From a virus (Duplodnaviria; Caudoviricetes): a stretch of DNA of 29,102 bases. Every line of letters begins with the position of its first letter. Position 1 is the first letter of the stretch. Shown here one piece after another: positions 24,952-29,102 of this stretch. A program made the translations under genes and the position numbers. The stretch is from positions 1 to 29,102 of the IMG/VR virus record IMGVR_UViG_3300037634_005939. The stretch is one strand, 5' to 3'. The notes below the pieces were generated by a model, which saw only the letters and a program-made list of their open reading frames with translations, was not told the DNA's origin and made no database searches.

Positions 24952-27900
24952 TTAACAGGCATCCCCATCGGCATCATAAGGGCTTCTCTTGATCCTTCTT
25001 CCTCTCTGCCACCAACGGAGCCCATCTTCAAAATTAACAAGTGGTTTAAGCATTTCCAAAATAGATCTTGGAGAAGAAGGGCTATCTGCCGCGGCGGAAG
25101 AATAATCATTTTGAGTCGTCTCATAAAGGCCTTCAAATGCATCCCTGGCTTTGTTTCTGGCCCTTCGAAGGAGAACCTGATCCCATGTTCGGAAAGCGCG
25201 GGCTGAGTTTCCTCCCATAGTTTCCCATAGATCTCCTCCTTCTTCAGGATATCCAACATTACCTATCGCGTCAACAAAAGCCATATGGCTATAAATAGTT
25301 AATGTTGTCAAATATCTTTGCAAAGGAAAAACATATCGGAACCAAGTCTGATATTTTGGTGTTTTGATTAGTTCCTGAATAAGACAATAAATATCATAAC
25401 TTTCTGGATCGAAATCCGTAAACTCTTGATCTGGTATGGGTAATTCGGCCGAACAAATCGGAATTAAATACTTTTTCCCTTCCTTGCTCGACAATCTAAA
25501 TGCTTTCTCTTCCATAACAGTATCGTTGCTCACTGTATTGATTGCGCCTTCAAACTCTCCTTGGGCGCCTTTTTCTGGAAGGTAGCATATTCTCAATCCA
25601 AATTTCCACGCAGAATGGGATAAATCATGTACATGGCTGTCCGATTCCGCTTCCTGAACTTCAAAATTGATTACTTCATGTGTGTGGCAAATACCACTCT
25701 CATCACAAAATTCTACAGTAGTTCCGTTCCCTCTCTCGTCGATATCATAATCATGCGAGTGGTCATCAATAACAGTCGTCTCTCCGCTTAGATCAAATTC
25801 TCCCCAGAAATCAGAAATATTTCCACTTTCACGGGAATTCCTAACATAAGTGTCCCAGTCATCAATATTAACAACACCATAAAGATTAGAACCTCTATCT
25901 GTTGATGGCGGCGGGTCATCTTTCTCTATTATGCGTATGTATTTCTCCAAAACGAACGGCCAGTCTTTGGCATCAGCAAGTGAAGCTTCTAGCGACTCGC
26001 CGAAATCTCCAACTCCCGAAAGTTCCTTAAGGGCCTCTGCTAATGATTGTGGCTCACCTGACGGAATAGAATATTTACTAGATTTTGTTGGATCTGATGT
26101 CACATTCAGCGGTCCGTCCGGATTGAGGCCTCCACGAATCCAAGTGTCTGAAAGCAGAAACAAGTGATCAATGTTTTGTATAGGAGGAAGAAGTCTTTCG
26201 TTGAAGACGGGGCCCATTACCTTCAACTCCTCTCTGATCATTCTTTTTAAGAACACCAACGCTTGCGGTTCTGTCTCCATAACTGCCAACTCTAGTGCGT
26301 CCTTTTTTGCTTGCAGCGCTGAGTCTTTATCAAAATCTGCGCTCCCAGCGCTCAAACCTGCAACTGAATCTGCTGCTCCGCCGGAAAGGGCCTTCTTTAT
26401 TATCGACTGCCCCATTATCGCCGTAGTAGATAAAGCCTCTAGTCCTCCCTCGTGCGCATCATACCAAACTAAAACTTTATTAGCAATTATCTCAAACGCT
26501 TCTCTTTCTTCTTCGTTCAGATCCTCATTTAAGTCTAACATGCCAGATTGAATCTTTCTGGCCATGTTGTTAACAACTTGCTCAAGAAACCTGTAATAAT
26601 ACTCTTTAGAGGTGGACCCTAGGCCATACCAGTTGTAGCTTCCATCATAAACCAGTCCTTTCTTCATCTTTTCGACAATGAACTCAAAAATTCCTTCATC
26701 AAAATTATCATCTACAACAGCATATTGTGTAATCACGGGCATTGATTTTAGGAAGAAAGCAGAAATATATAATCTTGCTGTCGAACGCATGACTGATTCC
26801 AGGTTTCCAAGAGTAATGTTCGCGAAGATTTTATCATATGGCGCTTCCTGCGTACAGAGCGGATCATAGCTCATCCTCTCATCTTCCGTCAACCCTCCGC
26901 TTATGGTGCCGGCGAGTGATGAAAGATCAGAGAGACTAAAAAATGGTGTACTTTTTGGCTCACAACTATTGGGCGTTGGCAGAAGATTTTCTATTATTCC
27001 CAACCATCCATCATAATCTGGAGGCTTTACATAAAACGGAGGAGGAACTTTATCAGGGAACAACTGGCCCAGAACGCCGCCATATGTTTCATTGTCGAGA
27101 TAAATTATCTCTGGCTCCTCATATGGATCGTGACCAAATTTAAACGCCGGTGCAATATAGTCCATAACGATCTCGGCTGATGACTGGGGCTCTCCATTGG
27201 AAGAGTCTTCCGGCGGTGCCAGAAAATCATCATATTCCGCGGCGTCTTCTAGGTTTGCTGCGGGCTCCGGATAAGATCTTCCTATTGCTATTCTATTGGC
27301 CAATCTTTTAAAGAAGCCGCCAGAAAGTTCATCAAATTTTCTGGAGGAGCCGAAACTATCTCCAGCAAAATATTCTCTTACTTCCTTTTTGTCATACAAT
27401 TGTTCAGCCTTTGGCAGATTAGAGGACTTATCCAATATCTCTTGACCCACGAGACGATAGAATGTTTCAATTTGCCAAGAATCTTGCACATCATCAGAAA
27501 GAGGAAGGGCGCTCAGGATCTCTTGCACTTCTTCAGATATCACAGAATCCACCTCAAAATCATGTATGTCATATTTTGTAGACATTTCATCAAGCAAAGA
27601 ATCTGGCGGGAGACCATCTCCATCTTGCCTTCTCCTGCTGTCTCTTTGTGAAGCGCCGCCACCACTTGGAGATATTCCCTGAACTTGCGTCACTTTCAGT
27701 CGATAATTTCCATCTTTTCGAAGAGCGCCTTCATCTGAGAAAAGATTGTAATCATATGACACCCTGTATCCGTTAACTGCCCTGCCGTGTGTCTCAATCG
27801 TTCTCTGAACTTGTTCTAATTCATCTTTTTTTGCCTTCCATGACTCGCCTAGGCTGTCGGCCAATTTGTCGGCCAGCAATTCGACTGCTAGTCGACTCAA

Positions 27901-29102
27901 GAATGTCCACGGAGTCAAGAGGAGGGACGCTGCCCCTTCTGCAATGCTATCAATATCGGCCACCTCCTCGACAAATTCTAGCGCTGTTATCCAGCCCTCC
28001 AGGCTTTCAATGTCGTTTATCAACTCTTCTTCTTTTATTCCGTATTCCGTGGGCTCATAATTGTAATAATCTATTATAATATCTGATGTTGAAATGTCTG
28101 GTATGCTGTGCAGTCTTACGCCGAGCCTATCTTCCTGATCGTCATTTGGCCCTGTTCCGAAATATCGTGATGCCCACAGGGCCCAGTTTTCGCCATTTGT
28201 TCCGGCCTCTTTTTGTGCCATGGCGCCCCACTCATTCGGGCGGGCGCGTTTTGGTTTCGCTCCATCGGTTGCGTCCCAATCGTTTATGTCGCTGCAACAT
28301 TTAACATCCTCTCCCAGTAGCACACTGCGAGTAGCTTGCTCTTCAAGAGTCATGTTGCCCGGAACTTTTCCTAGGCCGCCGGCGTGGAAAAGGTTGTCTG
28401 AATAAATTGTTTTTCTCAAAATGCCGGCGAGTTGCAATTCCTCTTCGTTTGCATCAGAGTGATCCAAAAAATTCTCTTTAATGTATTGTTCTATGTATTT
28501 CGATCTAGATTCTATTTTTTCTTTATTAATGGCTTCTTTTCTTGCCACATCTTCTTGCGCAACTTTTAATGAGCCATATCCTTCCGGAGTCACAACCGTC
28601 TTGAACTCCATGTTTGTTCCTAATTCGCGATAGTGTTTTGCCAGCCACGCGGCAATAGTCGGAGGAAGTCCACCATCGCTAGTTCCAAACATACTTGCCC
28701 CTGTCCCCTCTTCTCCTTTTAGTTCTTGGCCATAAATATCAATTGGCTGTGGATCGAGAAAGCCGCGGTCCGGATCTTGTATGGCATCATCAGAGGCCCA
28801 TTCAAAAAAGCCATTCTGTCTCGCAAGAGGAGAGCCAAAAAAGCGAACTACAAACTCATGAGCCTTCCATGGTCGACCTTTTGTATCAGACATGATGTTG
28901 TTGAAAAAGCCTCCATTCCCCGTTATACGATTAGTGTACCCGAGAAGATCCCTCATCACAGTATTCTCAATTGGGGAGAGAATCAGACTAGACATGGCGC
29001 CATTGACTTGCTCCGCTAGGGGGTGTTGTTTCGCATAAATGCCATCTTCACATTTGCCTCCTTCTGGATATTTGACAGGGCCGTCAGAAAGCATGCCGGC
29101 AA
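24952..29102 (-). CDS. Very large acidic hypothetical protein, >1380 aa, 5'-truncated by the window edge
   Basis: The frame stays open upstream of ATG 29094 (GCC GGC ATG) to the window end, so the true start is probably outside. It is Asp/Glu-rich and carries an HxH-repeat segment. Confidence 0.65.
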   Translation of the reverse strand, partial: AGMLSDGPVKYPEGGKCEDGIYAKQHPLAEQVNGAMSSLILSPIENTVMRDLLGYTNRITGNGGFFNNIMSDTKGRPWKAHEFVVRFFGSPLARQNGFFEWASDDAIQDPDRGFLDPQPIDIYGQELKGEEGTGASMFGTSDGGLPPTIAAWLAKHYRELGTNMEFKTVVTPEGYGSLKVAQEDVARKEAINKEKIESRSKYIEQYIKENFLDHSDANEEELQLAGILRKTIYSDNLFHAGGLGKVPGNMTLEEQATRSVLLGEDVKCCSDINDWDATDGAKPKRARPNEWGAMAQKEAGTNGENWALWASRYFGTGPNDDQEDRLGVRLHSIPDISTSDIIIDYYNYEPTEYGIKEEELINDIESLEGWITALEFVEEVADIDSIAEGAASLLLTPWTFLSRLAVELLADKLADSLGESWKAKKDELEQVQRTIETHGRAVNGYRVSYDYNLFSDEGALRKDGNYRLKVTQVQGISPSGGGASQRDSRRRQDGDGLPPDSLLDEMSTKYDIHDFEVDSVISEEVQEILSALPLSDDVQDSWQIETFYRLVGQEILDKSSNLPKAEQLYDKKEVREYFAGDSFGSSRKFDELSGGFFKRLANRIAIGRSYPEPAANLEDAAEYDDFLAPPEDSSNGEPQSSAEIVMDYIAPAFKFGHDPYEEPEIIYLDNETYGGVLGQLFPDKVPPPFYVKPPDYDGWLGIIENLLPTPNSCEPKSTPFFSLSDLSSLAGTISGGLTEDERMSYDPLCTQEAPYDKIFANITLGNLESVMRSTARLYISAFFLKSMPVITQYAVVDDNFDEGIFEFIVEKMKKGLVYDGSYNWYGLGSTSKEYYYRFLEQVVNNMARKIQSGMLDLNEDLNEEEREAFEIIANKVLVWYDAHEGGLEALSTTAIMGQSIIKKALSGGAADSVAGLSAGSADFDKDSALQAKKDALELAVMETEPQALVFLKRMIREELKVMGPVFNERLLPPIQNIDHLFLLSDTWIRGGLNPDGPLNVTSDPTKSSKYSIPSGEPQSLAEALKELSGVGDFGESLEASLADAKDWPFVLEKYIRIIEKDDPPPSTDRGSNLYGVVNIDDWDTYVRNSRESGNISDFWGEFDLSGETTVIDDHSHDYDIDERGNGTTVEFCDESGICHTHEVINFEVQEAESDSHVHDLSHSAWKFGLRICYLPEKGAQGEFEGAINTVSNDTVMEEKAFRLSSKEGKKYLIPICSAELPIPDQEFTDFDPESYDIYCLIQELIKTPKYQTWFRYVFPLQRYLTTLTIYSHMAFVDAIGNVGYPEEGGDLWETMGGNSARAFRTWDQVLLRRARNKARDAFEGLYETTQNDYSSAAADSPSSPRSILEMLKPLVNFEDGLRWWQRGRRIKRSPYDADGDAC

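Larger units (their letters stand above)
1..29102 (-). mobile_element. Segment of a large myovirus-type phage genome: baseplate/tail-fibre morphogenesis module
   Basis: Contains gp25-, gp6- and gp7/gpI-like genes, very large ORFs, near-complete coding on one strand and TAATG stop/start overlaps. It is followed directly by a RuvC-like gene. No cellular housekeeping genes, integrase or att site are visible. Confidence 0.88.

Noticed and set aside
21403-25299. Intragenic ACTATTTA copies at 21403, 21892 and 25292 as promoters
   Set aside because: Each coincides with Thr-Ile-Tyr codons and lies far from a start codon, so coding sequence explains them.
355-29019. Numerous 60-156 aa + strand ORFs (e.g. 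6844..7314, 9871..10317, 12424..12879, 26171..26551) and short nested minus-strand ORFs
   Set aside because: All lie essentially within long minus-strand genes, many have non-ATG starts, and none shows a recognisable motif. They are best explained as shadow ORFs.
29092-29094. ATG 29094 as the true start of the 1380-aa ORF
   Set aside because: The frame is open to the window edge, so this is probably an internal Met.
1-29102. Bacterial eCIS/T6SS/tailocin interpretation
   Set aside because: No Afp15-like ATPase, Tss membrane-complex or host genes are present. The long T4 gp6-type protein, the giant ORFs and the coupled RuvC-like gene fit a phage better. It cannot be fully excluded without capsid or terminase genes.
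1-29102. CRISPR arrays, tRNA/ncRNA genes, DGR template/variable repeats, introns, intrinsic terminators
   Set aside because: The largest non-coding gap is 71 nt. I saw no long direct DNA repeats, no reverse transcriptase and no convincing hairpin plus U-tract.
1-29102. Stop-codon reassignment
   Set aside because: Code 11 gives near-complete coding density, and TAG, TGA and TAA each fall at gene ends followed closely by a new start.

Overview
This window looks like a segment of a large (probably jumbo) myovirus-type phage genome. Twelve tightly packed genes lie on the minus strand, and the + strand ORFs are shadows. In transcription order (right to left) they are: a 5'-truncated >1380-aa acidic protein; a T4 gp25-like wedge protein; a T4 gp6/baseplate-J-like protein (better start at 24505); a DNRLRE/CBM96-like protein; a 3423-aa gp7/P2-gpI-like wedge protein with two LamG domains; six uncharacterised, probably structural proteins (356, 1207, 829, 310, 394 and 427 aa); and the first 28 codons of a RuvC-like resolvase missing from the ORF track. 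The most notable signals are: (i) a tail-collar-fibre (DUF3751)-like domain apparently split into N-half and C-half genes, each in two paralogous copies; (ii) an ACTATTTA motif in all three long intergenic gaps; (iii) a dispersed [ST]-[GAS]-[ST] sequon-like motif concentrated in a subset of the proteins; (iv) two ~120-aa plug-in modules in the giant protein; and (v) an excess of the palindrome GCCGGC. All family calls are by motif recognition and all counts are by eye; no searches were run.
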